The notes: generated by a model not told the origin, from the sequence alone. 29,919 bases of DNA from an uncultured Deinococcales bacterium (GCA_964244895.1 CAXTKV010000043.1:1-29919); one strand, 5' to 3'; shown: positions 18,798 through 27,009, counted from the stretch's first letter. Numbers and translations are program-made.

Positions 18798-19130
18798 TTA
18801 AGTCATGCGCTGGAACACGATCTGTTCCGCATTGGCGAGCTTCATCAGTTCGCTCTCGTCGGGCAGATCGACCTCGAACATCAGGGCTTGCGCTTGGGGC
18901 GCGGCCCGGAAGACCGCCAGCGTGTCCCCGCCGGGTTCGCGGATCAGCCCGAAGCATTCGCCAAACGCGTTGGGCAGGCCGCCCATGATCTCGAGGCGTT
19001 CGTCATCTACGGAAAAGACGCCTCTGATGCAACCCGTGGCGTCCCGCCAGAGTTCGATCTCGCAACTGGTGTCGTGCAGCGTGACGAAGAACCGTCCGGT
19101 CAGACTGTCGATATCGAACGTGGTCATCAT
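18798..19130 (-). CDS. Hypothetical protein (110 aa)
   Basis: ATG 19130 after GAAGGAGA; plausible globular composition; no recognised motif. Confidence 0.7.
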   Translation of the reverse strand: MMTTFDIDSLTGRFFVTLHDTSCEIELWRDATGCIRGVFSVDDERLEIMGGLPNAFGECFGLIREPGGDTLAVFRAAPQAQALMFEVDLPDESELMKLANAEQIVFQRMT

Positions 19131-19244
19131 TAAGAATCTCCTTCGGGTCGGTGGTCGGATCGCTGCGTTCGGGGCGGGCCGTTTCATTTCAGGGTGGGAT
19201 GTCACAAGCCGCGAAGAACGCTCCGGCGCCGACGGTGTGCGCGT

Positions 19245-19496
19245 TCATTCGCGCTTCCCGCCGTTTCGTGATCGGCTCGCATCGGGGCTGAATTCGTGGC
19301 CGCATTTCGGGCAGAACCGCGCATACGGCGAGGTGATGGGGGCGCGGCAGCTCGGGCAGTGCTCGAGCAGGCGCGCGCCATCGTTGGCGCAGTAGATTTC
19401 GCCCGATTGTGCGGGAACGGCTCGGAAGCACTTCGCGCAGAGCCGATACGTTCCCTTCAGCACCTTTGTTGGCTGATCGCTGTCGTGATGCGCCAC
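19245..19496 (-). CDS. Double zinc-ribbon (DZR) small protein
   Basis: CAKC..YCANDG..CPSC..FCPKCG; GTG 19496 after GGAAAGGGGG. Confidence 0.8.
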   Translation of the reverse strand: MAHHDSDQPTKVLKGTYRLCAKCFRAVPAQSGEIYCANDGARLLEHCPSCRAPITSPYARFCPKCGHEFSPDASRSRNGGKRE

Positions 19497-19701
19497 GCCA
19501 TCGCCCCCTTTCCGCTCGCCCACCCTCGAGTGCCGGGTTCCGTCTGCGTCTGAGGTCAGGTTGAGGGTTCGTTGGTTAGTTGGTGGTTATGACTCGGAAT
19601 GAAACGTTGGAACCGGACGGATTGCGAAGGGGCGTCGGTGCCAGGTGCGTGCAGCTGAACGCGGCGTTTCGTGCCGAAGGTTAAAGAATGTCCACCCGCG
19701 A

Positions 19702-19749
19702 GAGCACCGTGCTGCACGCGTATTGATCCTCGCGTGCAGCACGGTGCTC
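19702..19749. repeat. Dispersed palindromic element, 48-bp form, perfect arms
   Basis: GAGCACCGTGCTGCACGC-gtattgatcctc-GCGTGCAGCACGGTGCTC (20-bp perfect inverted repeat 19701-19750). Confidence 0.95.
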
Positions 19750-19789
19750 TTTGATGCGACCAACGGTGAATGCCGGAGCGCTGTCCGGC

Positions 19790-22700
19790 TCAGTCTGCGG
19801 CGCTGACCGGGCCGGACAGGAACGCCTCGAACGAGGTCGGAATGACTTCCTCGACCTCGAGCAATTGGGCGCGGTGATCCGCGAACAAACGCGCCGCGCC
19901 GCGTTCGTCCCCGGCACTCATCAGGGCGCGCAGGGCGAGGCGCAAGGCGACCGAATCGTAGGGTTCCATCTCGAGCAGAATCCGGGCGAGCCGCGCGGCC
20001 TGGGTGATTTCCGTGCCGATCAGGATCTCGATTCTCGATCGGAGCGCGAGGCTGAGCGCATCGCGGACGTTCGGTATCCAACCCTGGCCGATGCCTTCGA
20101 GGTACGCGCCGCGCCACAACTCCGCCTCGCCCGTCTCGAGAAACGCTTCGGCGTCGCTCGAGGCGTTCCCCAGCGCGTAACCGTTCGGCGTGCTGACGAT
20201 GCAGTCCGCGCCGAGGCTGGATCGAGCCTGAAAGATTTGCTGTTTGAGCGCGTTCCTGGCGGCGGTTTCGTCCTCGAGCGGGAAGAGCGCGTCGAGCAGA
20301 TCGAGGGTCGTGACCTCCGATCTTCCGGCGATGCGCGCCTCGCAGAGGTACGCCAGCAGTTCCTGCCGTTTGCGACCCCGCAACGCGACGGGTTTCCCAT
20401 CGCGCTCGAGCCCGAGAGGGCCGAGCACGCCCAGACGAAGCCCGCGGCTTCCTTGAGGGCGCTCCAGAGGCGGCTCGCCGGGGGTGTCCGCGAGTTCTGG
20501 GCAGCGCCTCAGCATGTTGTCCACGATGCTCACCCACTGGTGCTCCCGGAACCAGGCCAGGTGCGAACGCAGGTTCTCGAGGTCTCCTTTCAGAAACGCG
20601 AGTTCGAACTCGACGACGCGCAACCTCAGGGCGTGAGAGATGGTTCTGGCTGTCTCGAGGCAAGCGATGGCCTCCTCGCGCCGTCCCAGCGCATCGAGCG
20701 CCAGGGCCTTGCTGACGAACGACCGTGCGCGCATATCGTATATGACGTCAGGCACGCCGAGGGCTTCTTCGGCCAGCCGCAGGCCCTCAGCTGCCCGTCC
20801 GGCGACGATAGACGCTCTGGATGCGAAGTGCAGCGCTGATGCCATGTCGTATGGCTGAAGCGCTTTCGAGGCCAGCAGGCCGCGCTGGGCGTACTTTTCG
20901 GCCAGCATCAGGTAATGCGGTGGACGCCAGCTCAGGTAGAGCCAGCAGAGGTTCATGGTATTCGAGACCAACTCCGTTGAATCCCCGAAGCTCGAGAGCA
21001 GGTCGTGCGCCTCGAGCAGCTGCAGCTCTGCCTCCTGGTAGTGCCCCATGTCGCCCAACGAGACGGCGAGCTGGGTCAGGGAACTCGCGTACCGGAGTGT
21101 GAAGCCCGCTTCGCGGTACAGGCGCACACTCTCTCGTGCATCATTCAGCGTTTCGCTGACCAAGCCCATCATCCTGATGACCTGTACTTGGTTGTAATGC
21201 GCGAAGGCGAGCGAGATCGGTTCTCCTTGCTCCCTGGCGAGCTTCACCGCCTCGTCAATCGCGGCCCGCGCCACGCCGAAATCCCCGACGAGCCGTTTGG
21301 CCAACGCCCGCACGATCAGCAGGGCGGAGCGCTCGCCAGCGGAAACCTCCGACCGCTCGAGGGCGGCGGCCACCAGCGCCTCCGCACCTTCGGGATCGCT
21401 AAGTTCCATCATGGCAAACGCCACGCATCGTGCTGCTGCGGGGTGCGGATCGGCCTGGAGTTCCGGGTGTTCGTTCCAGATCCTGAACACTTCGCGGTAT
21501 TTGCTCTGGTTGGAACGAATCTGGATCAACGCATTCACCCATGATGCCTGCGCGGTGATATCTGCGGGCAAGCGCTCGAGCGCCCGATTCATTGCAGCGG
21601 TTTTTCCCGTCACGGCGTACAGCCCGGCCAGTTCGATGATCGCATCCGTGTCGTCTGAATTTTCTGCCAGCACGACCCTCAGCAGGCGTTCGGTTTCATT
21701 CACGTCCGCATTCATCAAGAGGCGCGATGCGCGATGCGCCAGTTCGCCGCGCTGCGTTCCAACGGCGTGATCGGCAGCGCGAGCCAGCCAGCGACCCGCC
21801 TGCACGGTGCGCTTCCCGGCTTCGGCCTGCCGCGCGGCGCGTTCGAAGTGAATTCCGGCCTGATCGGGTTCCAGCTCGGCGGCGTCCACGAACTGCGCGA
21901 TCACTTCCGGGTCGGCATCCGGCACGCCGAGCGCCCGTCGGGCCATCGCGCGGTGTCGCTCCGCGCTCAGGTGTTGCAGCAGCACCTCGCGGTACAGGGG
22001 GTGAGGAAAGTCATCCTCGAACAATGCGCCGCGCGCGTTCAGGGCGCTCACGGCGGCCTCGAACGCGTCCGTTGGGCAATCGGAAATGGCCATCCACAAG
22101 GCCCTGTCCGGGTGCGAACCCAGCAACGCTCGGGCGATCAGCACCGCCTCGAGTTCCGGCGTGTCGGCGGTGTGTCGGCTCGTCTGCTCGATCAGGGTTT
22201 CGATGGTGACGGGAACGAAACCCTGCGGGGGTTCGCGCCAGTGCCAGCGTTGACCGTCGGACCACAAGAAGCCCTGGCGGCTGAGGTACTGCAAGTATTC
22301 GCGCAAGAAAAGCGGGTTGCCGCGCGTTCTGGAGTGCATCCACGAAAGACCCTCGTTGGGCAGGGCGATGCCTCGGTCGTGCTCGAGCAGAACCTGGGTC
22401 TCTGCCACCTCGAGCGCTTCGAGGCGATGCGCCCTGAACGCGTTCGACGGTTCGTTGCGGCTCGTGATGATCAATCCGAGACCTTGCGTCTTCAAGATCG
22501 CGCGCGCGAAGCGTTCAACCAGGTTGACGCGATCCTCGCTGGCCTCGTGTAGATCCTCGAGGTGCAGCACGAAAGGCGCGAGCCCGGTCAGAAATGCGAT
22601 CAGGGTCGCTACTTCGGTCTCCGGGTCGAGCGTTTCATCGTTTTTGATGCGCTCGAGATGGTGTTCCGCCCACGCGGGAATGTGTTTGGGCGTGGGCAGG

Positions 22701-22897
22701 GCGCGCACCAGGCTCGAGATCGGCGCGGTGGCGTGCAGACTGACGTGCTTGCACGGGATGCGCTCGAGAATCGCGTGTGCGGTGTGCGTTTTGCCAATTC
22801 CGGGCTCGCCCCACAGGCCGATCGTCAGGCTGGCTCGCCTGGAGACGACGACCTTGAACCGTTGTGAGATGCCCTCGATGATGTCGTTGCGTGCCAT
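19790..22897 (-). CDS. STAND-like ATPase with TPR-like region and C-terminal winged-helix/BTAD (SARP-like) regulator module
   Basis: Walker A GEPGIGKT, Walker B LHLEDLH, GNPLFL; helical repeats; C-terminal LGVLGPLGL..LLAYL..GYAL..LWRGAYL..LEMEPYDS. Confidence 0.88.
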   Translation of the reverse strand: MARNDIIEGISQRFKVVVSRRASLTIGLWGEPGIGKTHTAHAILERIPCKHVSLHATAPISSLVRALPTPKHIPAWAEHHLERIKNDETLDPETEVATLIAFLTGLAPFVLHLEDLHEASEDRVNLVERFARAILKTQGLGLIITSRNEPSNAFRAHRLEALEVAETQVLLEHDRGIALPNEGLSWMHSRTRGNPLFLREYLQYLSRQGFLWSDGQRWHWREPPQGFVPVTIETLIEQTSRHTADTPELEAVLIARALLGSHPDRALWMAISDCPTDAFEAAVSALNARGALFEDDFPHPLYREVLLQHLSAERHRAMARRALGVPDADPEVIAQFVDAAELEPDQAGIHFERAARQAEAGKRTVQAGRWLARAADHAVGTQRGELAHRASRLLMNADVNETERLLRVVLAENSDDTDAIIELAGLYAVTGKTAAMNRALERLPADITAQASWVNALIQIRSNQSKYREVFRIWNEHPELQADPHPAAARCVAFAMMELSDPEGAEALVAAALERSEVSAGERSALLIVRALAKRLVGDFGVARAAIDEAVKLAREQGEPISLAFAHYNQVQVIRMMGLVSETLNDARESVRLYREAGFTLRYASSLTQLAVSLGDMGHYQEAELQLLEAHDLLSSFGDSTELVSNTMNLCWLYLSWRPPHYLMLAEKYAQRGLLASKALQPYDMASALHFASRASIVAGRAAEGLRLAEEALGVPDVIYDMRARSFVSKALALDALGRREEAIACLETARTISHALRLRVVEFELAFLKGDLENLRSHLAWFREHQWVSIVDNMLRRCPELADTPGEPPLERPQGSRGLRLGVLGPLGLERDGKPVALRGRKRQELLAYLCEARIAGRSEVTTLDLLDALFPLEDETAARNALKQQIFQARSSLGADCIVSTPNGYALGNASSDAEAFLETGEAELWRGAYLEGIGQGWIPNVRDALSLALRSRIEILIGTEITQAARLARILLEMEPYDSVALRLALRALMSAGDERGAARLFADHRAQLLEVEEVIPTSFEAFLSGPVSAAD

Positions 22898-23158
22898 GCG
22901 TCCTCAGGGTGTTTCAAGGATTTGCGCAAGTTGCTCGAGGCGCACCGAGGTCGCTTTTCAGGCTACGAAAGCCGTTTCCTGAATGGCTGCACGATCATCG
23001 CCGCACGCGGGCGCGCCCCGGAAGAAAATGAACGAACGCGACCCACATGAGATCAGCATAAGGCACAACCGATGCAAGATCGTAACGTCGCTGTCCCAGA
23101 CGGCGAACTCGTTGGCTGATTCCCGTCGTCTGGATGTCATTTCATCTGGAATCCATGA

Positions 23159-23217
23159 AAAGACCGTCCCGCACGGTGTTCCTCGAGCATTAAATAATCA
23201 CGTCCTGGACGGTCTTT
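23159..23217. repeat. Dispersed palindromic element, ~58-bp form, close paralogue of 14922-14979
   Basis: AAAGAC-CGTCCCGCACG-GTGTTC ctcgagcattaaataatca CGTCCTGGACG-GTCTTT; cores 36 bp apart. Confidence 0.9.
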
Positions 23218-23258
23218 TCTTGATACCGTCTTTTTGAGTCTTCGCGTAGAATCCTGGC

Positions 23259-23744
23259 GTGAATGACGATCTGAAACTGACGTACCACTGGGTCAAACGC
23301 ACCCGAGAAGTCCTGTTCGAGTACACCGAATCATTGCCGCCGGACGTGTACACCCTGGAACGCGCAGATTTCGCGTACGGCAGCATCCGCAACATTCACG
23401 CTCACGTCGCGGATTGTTACCTGTGGTGGGTCGGGCAGGTCGGGCTGGGGCGCGACGGGCTGGAGGTCGAAGCTTCGAGCGTCCCGGACGTGAGCGCGAT
23501 GCGAAAAGCGTTCCAGCGTGTGGACGAGGTTCTCGAGGAAGCGCTGACGAAGTTCGATCACCCGGATGATCTGTTCACCTTCGAGCGTCCAGGGCATCCC
23601 AGGCGTCAGCTGACGCAGCGCTGGTTGATCGTTCACCCCGTCACGCACGAATTCCATCACAAAGGGCAGTTGCTGGCGTTGGGGCGGGTGCTGGGTCATC
23701 CGTTGCCGCCGGGCGGGGACACGGATCTGGTGCTGCCCGAGTAA
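23259..23744 (+). CDS. DinB/YfiT-family putative metalloenzyme
   Basis: SIRNIHAHVADC and HEFHHKGQ; TAGAAT 6 nt before the GTG (leaderless). Confidence 0.9.
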   Translation: MNDDLKLTYHWVKRTREVLFEYTESLPPDVYTLERADFAYGSIRNIHAHVADCYLWWVGQVGLGRDGLEVEASSVPDVSAMRKAFQRVDEVLEEALTKFDHPDDLFTFERPGHPRRQLTQRWLIVHPVTHEFHHKGQLLALGRVLGHPLPPGGDTDLVLPE

Positions 23745-23780
23745 TGGGCTCCCGTAACTGTCTGTTCCGAGAACGGGTTC

Positions 23781-23811
23781 ACGCGAGGGCAACCATGAAG
23801 GTTGCCCCTAC
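23781..23811 (-). repeat. GTAG-type REP-like element
   Basis: Minus strand reads GTAG-GGGCAACC-ttcat-GGTTGCCC-tcgcgt. Confidence 0.8.
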
Positions 23812-23860
23812 CCTTCTCTCGAGACGTTCCCGAACACGTTCGCGGCAGGTCTGACCTCGA

Positions 23861-23908
23861 GAACACCGTCCAGGACGCGAATCCTGAAACGCGTGCTGGA
23901 CGGTGTTC
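23861..23908. repeat. Dispersed palindromic element, 48-bp form
   Basis: GAACACCGTCCAGGACGC-gaatcctgaaac-GCGTGCTGGACGGTGTTC with CTCGAG overlapping its left end. Confidence 0.95.
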
Positions 23909-23917
23909 CCAAGACAA

Positions 23918-23949
23918 AACGCGGCCCGAGATCGCGCTCGAGCCGCGTT
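23918..23949. terminator. GC-rich hairpin between convergent genes, possible terminator
   Basis: AACGCGGCCCGAG-atcgcg-CTCGAGCCGCGTT, close to the stop of the minus-strand gene; only a short U tract. Confidence 0.4.
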
Positions 23950-23960
23950 CGGGAATTCGT

Positions 23961-24671
23961 TTAGCGCTTCGAGGAACCCGTCTTGATCACGTCCGCGATC
24001 ACCTCGGGCAAATCCCAGGTGTGAATGTCGTAGGCGGCGGCGTGGAAGTCATACGGGATTTTCAGCATCTCGACCTCGAGTTGCCCGTCGGTGAAATCCA
24101 GCAAAGCGCAATCCGCGCCGGGTTCGCCGTTCAACGACAACCCGACGCTGCCGGGGTTGATGAACAACCCGGATGGCGTGCGTTGAATGTCGGGCACGTG
24201 CGTGCCGCCGCACAGCACGATCTCGCAGCGAAGGCGAGCCAGGATTTCCTCGAGTTCGCTGGTCGGGCCGCGCAGGTTGATGCGCCCGTCCGGGTCGTCG
24301 GGCATGCCGTGAAAGAACTTCAATCGTCCGATCGGGGTTTGCACGCGATCCACGACCTTCATGGAGCGCAGGTAGCTGATTTCCTCGTCGGAAAGAAGGG
24401 TTTTCGTCCAGGCGATGGTTTCGTCGCCGACGCCCTGGCGCGGCTCGAGGGTTTCTGAAAGCTCGAACGCGAGGCGCGCATCGCTGGCACCCAGGGTGCA
24501 GGGCACGGTGTACTCGCGCATCCACTGGATCACCTCGACCGGACTCGCGCCGTAGCCGACCAGATCGCCCAGGCAGATGATCTTGTCCACGCCGCGCTCG
24601 GCCAGGGCGACCCAGACGGCGCGGAGCGCGTGGATGTTGGCATGAACGTCTGAGATGACTCCGAGTCTCAC
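23961..24671 (-). CDS. Metallophosphoesterase (calcineurin-like, YfcE/MJ0912-type)
   Basis: ISDVHAN, LGDLVGYG, FFHG, NPGSVG. The usual GNHD and GHTH read GASD and GGTH here. Start GTG 24671 is inferred. Confidence 0.85.
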   Translation of the reverse strand: MRLGVISDVHANIHALRAVWVALAERGVDKIICLGDLVGYGASPVEVIQWMREYTVPCTLGASDARLAFELSETLEPRQGVGDETIAWTKTLLSDEEISYLRSMKVVDRVQTPIGRLKFFHGMPDDPDGRINLRGPTSELEEILARLRCEIVLCGGTHVPDIQRTPSGLFINPGSVGLSLNGEPGADCALLDFTDGQLEVEMLKIPYDFHAAAYDIHTWDLPEVIADVIKTGSSKR

Positions 24672-24726
24672 TGGGATAACTGTACCCTTCGTCCCGAAAT
24701 GGCATGGTGCAAATTCCGACCGTAGA

Positions 24727-24825
24727 AGCCATAGCCGCAAGCCATTAGCCTCGAGCCTCGAGCTTTGACTCGTCCAGAACTTGCTCGCGGCTTGTGGCTC
24801 GCGGCTTGCGGCTTACGGCTTATGG
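24727..24825. repeat. Heptamer tandem tract (CTYGCGG-like x6 at 24784-24825) with degenerate inverted copies at 24727-24763
   Basis: ctcgcgg cttgtgg ctcgcgg cttgcgg cttacgg cttatgg; left part contains ccgcaag/ccatag-like reverse complements. Confidence 0.8.
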
Positions 24826-24881
24826 CCGAATTTCCTTTGGTATCATCCCCTGATGCGACCCGTCCGTGATGCGGCCACGAA

Positions 24882-26639
24882 ATGTTCCACGGGAACGGCG
24901 TTCGATCCCGTGGGATGCGCGTGACCCGAGGTTACGGGTTCGTCTCGTACCGTGCGCGTTCAAGCCCGTGGGCGATTCCGGCGGCTTTGGGCGCGGGTGC
25001 GCTGGTTGGCATCACCAACATTCCGTTCGCCGCCAGCTGGTTGTCGGTGCTGCCGTTGGCGCTGGTGATGTATTTGATCGCTCGAGAACCCACGCCCAGG
25101 CTGGCATTCCGCACGGCCTTTGTGGCGGGTTTGCCGTGGTGGACGATCCATCTGTTCTGGTTGCCGCAGGCGTTCGCGTCATTTTTGAACCCGCAGGTGG
25201 TCTGGGCCGTGATTCCGCTGCTGTGGCCCGCCGAGGCGTTCGTGGGCGCGGTCGTGGCGTACTTCGCGCGCTGGATCGGGCGGCGTCCCGTGCCGACGCT
25301 GGGCGCGCTGGTCTGCGGCTGGTTGCTCCTGGAATACTGGCGCGCCTGGTACGGCTCGCAGATCGCGTTCCCGTGGGGCATGTTCGGCTACACGATGGTG
25401 GACACGCCGTTGGCGCAGACGGCCAGCCTGGGCGGGTTGTGGCTGGTCAGTTTGCTGGTGATGGGCATGGCGGCGGGTCTGGCGGCGCTCGCGTGGGGCG
25501 ACGTGCGCCCGTTGGTGGTGATGCTGATCTTGTGGGTGGCGGGTTTCGCGTATGGCCTGACCCGCAGCGCACCGCCCGCACCGACCAGCACGGCTTTGCT
25601 GGTGCAGGGCGACATCGATCCGCTCAGGCGTTTCAAGAACGGCACGCAGGGCGATCTGGAAGTCTACGAGGGGCTTTCCAAGCTCGCGCCACCGGAGGCG
25701 TTGACCGTCTGGCCGGAAGCCGCCGTCGGCCTGGACGATGCGCTGAAAGCCCAGGTGGGCAGGTTGGTTTCCGGCGTGTACACCTTCAACATCGCGACGC
25801 TCGAGCGGGCAAATTTGATCGTCGCCCTTCAGGGCGCAAAAGTTGGAGCCTTGAAGGGCGCAAAAGTTGGAGCCCTTCAGGGCGCAAACACAGGAATCTC
25901 GAACGTTGGCTCGAGCACACCGCAGAGCAGTGCGACGCTCAACTCCACGCTGCTGGGCATGTTGAAGGGTCGAGTCAATCCGAACCCGTTGGAGAAACTG
26001 GCAGCGCAAAATCTGGCCGCTCAGAATCTGGCGGCGCAAACCATCAGCCCACCAGCGCAGAACCTGGAACTGGGACGCTCGAGCAAGGTGCGCTTCGTGC
26101 CGTTCGGGGAAATATTCCCGTTGCGCGATGCCTTCGATTTCGTGTACGCACCGATCTTTCGGGGGTTGGGTTTGGGCGGCAGCTTCGGGCGCGGCGACCC
26201 GGCGCGGTTGGGGCAACGCGTGCTGGTGACGGGCGCGGATCGGGTCGGCGGCTACGTCTGTTACGACTCGGGCTTCCCGGAGGTGACGCGCAATCTGGTG
26301 CGGTTGGGCGCGAACGTGCTGTCCGAATCCACCAACGACGGCTGGTTCGGCGGCGGCACGGGCAACTTGCAGCACTTCCTGATCGACCGGATGCGCGCCA
26401 TCGAGACGGATCGTTTCGTGCTGCGCGCCGCCAACACGGGCGTGACGGCGCTGGTCGATCCTCGCGGTCGGGTCGTGACGCGTTTGCCATTGAACCAACC
26501 CGGTGCGCTCCGCGTTCAGTACGCGCGGCTCGAGACGCTGACGCCCTACGTTCGCTTCGGTGATTGGGCGGTGCTGCTTTCCGCTTTGCTGATTCCCGCC
26601 TTCTGGTGGTTGGGTCGGCGCGAGCACCGGTTGATCTGA
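24882..26639 (+). CDS. lnt: Apolipoprotein N-acyltransferase (start uncertain: 24882, 24915 or 24921)
   Basis: Multi-TM N-terminus, FPWGMFGY, VQGDI, WPE (catalytic E), KVRFVPFGE (K), VCYD (C), TNDGWFG, RAIETDR, RAANTGVT, TPYVRFGDW. Confidence 0.95.
   Translation: MFHGNGVRSRGMRVTRGYGFVSYRARSSPWAIPAALGAGALVGITNIPFAASWLSVLPLALVMYLIAREPTPRLAFRTAFVAGLPWWTIHLFWLPQAFASFLNPQVVWAVIPLLWPAEAFVGAVVAYFARWIGRRPVPTLGALVCGWLLLEYWRAWYGSQIAFPWGMFGYTMVDTPLAQTASLGGLWLVSLLVMGMAAGLAALAWGDVRPLVVMLILWVAGFAYGLTRSAPPAPTSTALLVQGDIDPLRRFKNGTQGDLEVYEGLSKLAPPEALTVWPEAAVGLDDALKAQVGRLVSGVYTFNIATLERANLIVALQGAKVGALKGAKVGALQGANTGISNVGSSTPQSSATLNSTLLGMLKGRVNPNPLEKLAAQNLAAQNLAAQTISPPAQNLELGRSSKVRFVPFGEIFPLRDAFDFVYAPIFRGLGLGGSFGRGDPARLGQRVLVTGADRVGGYVCYDSGFPEVTRNLVRLGANVLSESTNDGWFGGGTGNLQHFLIDRMRAIETDRFVLRAANTGVTALVDPRGRVVTRLPLNQPGALRVQYARLETLTPYVRFGDWAVLLSALLIPAFWWLGRREHRLI
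25824..25895 (+). repeat. In-frame 24-bp tandem repeat x3 inside lnt
   Basis: gcccttcagggcgcaaaagttgga / gccttgaagggcgcaaaagttgga / gcccttcagggcgcaaacacagga (ALQGAKVG, ALKGAKVG, ALQGANTG). Confidence 0.9.
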
Positions 26640-26693
26640 GGGTTGAACGCCATCATTAGACCTCTTGCGAACCTCAGTCTCGGGCACGTGTTG

Positions 26694-26763
26694 ACGCGAG
26701 GGCAACCATCAAGGTTGCCCCTACACGACAGGTTGTTGTAGGGGTAACCCTTGTGGTTACCCT
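26694..26763. repeat. Inverted doublet of GTAG-type REP-like elements
   Basis: acgcgaGGGCAACCatcaaGGTTGCCC-CTAC, 13 nt, GTAG-GGGTAACCcttgtGGTTACCC. Confidence 0.85.
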
Positions 26764-26806
26764 TCCCACGAACCGCATTCGATCACGTTCACAGGAGGTC
26801 TATTCG

Positions 26807-26894
26807 CGATCCTTCTCGTGCGCGAGTCCGATCTTTCTCGTGCGTGAGTCCGATCCTTCTCGTGCGTGAGTCCGATCCTTCTCGTGCGTGAGTC
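26807..26894. repeat. 22-bp tandem direct repeat x4 (plus degenerate partial copies to ~26950)
   Basis: CGATCCTTCTCGTGCGTGAGTC at 26807, 26829, 26851, 26873 with at most 1 mismatch each. Confidence 0.95.
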
Positions 26895-26960
26895 CGGTCT
26901 GGCTCTCGTGCGAACCGTGGCTCGAGTCCCATCGCGCCCGACTCTCGTGCCTGGATTTCC

Positions 26961-27009
26961 CTTGCGGCTCGCGGCTTGCGGCTTGCGGCTTGCGGCTCGC
27001 AGCTTGCGG
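26961..27009. repeat. Heptamer tandem tract CTTGCGG x7
   Basis: cttgcgg ctcgcgg cttgcgg cttgcgg cttgcgg ctcgcag cttgcgg. Confidence 0.92.

Noticed and set aside
25824..26066. Intein in Lnt
   Set aside because: No N-terminal Cys/Ser block or C-terminal His-Asn followed by C/S/T; too short and repeat-derived.
26807..26894. CRISPR array or plasmid iteron origin
   Set aside because: Units are contiguous with no unique spacers; no cas or rep gene and no AT-rich region nearby.
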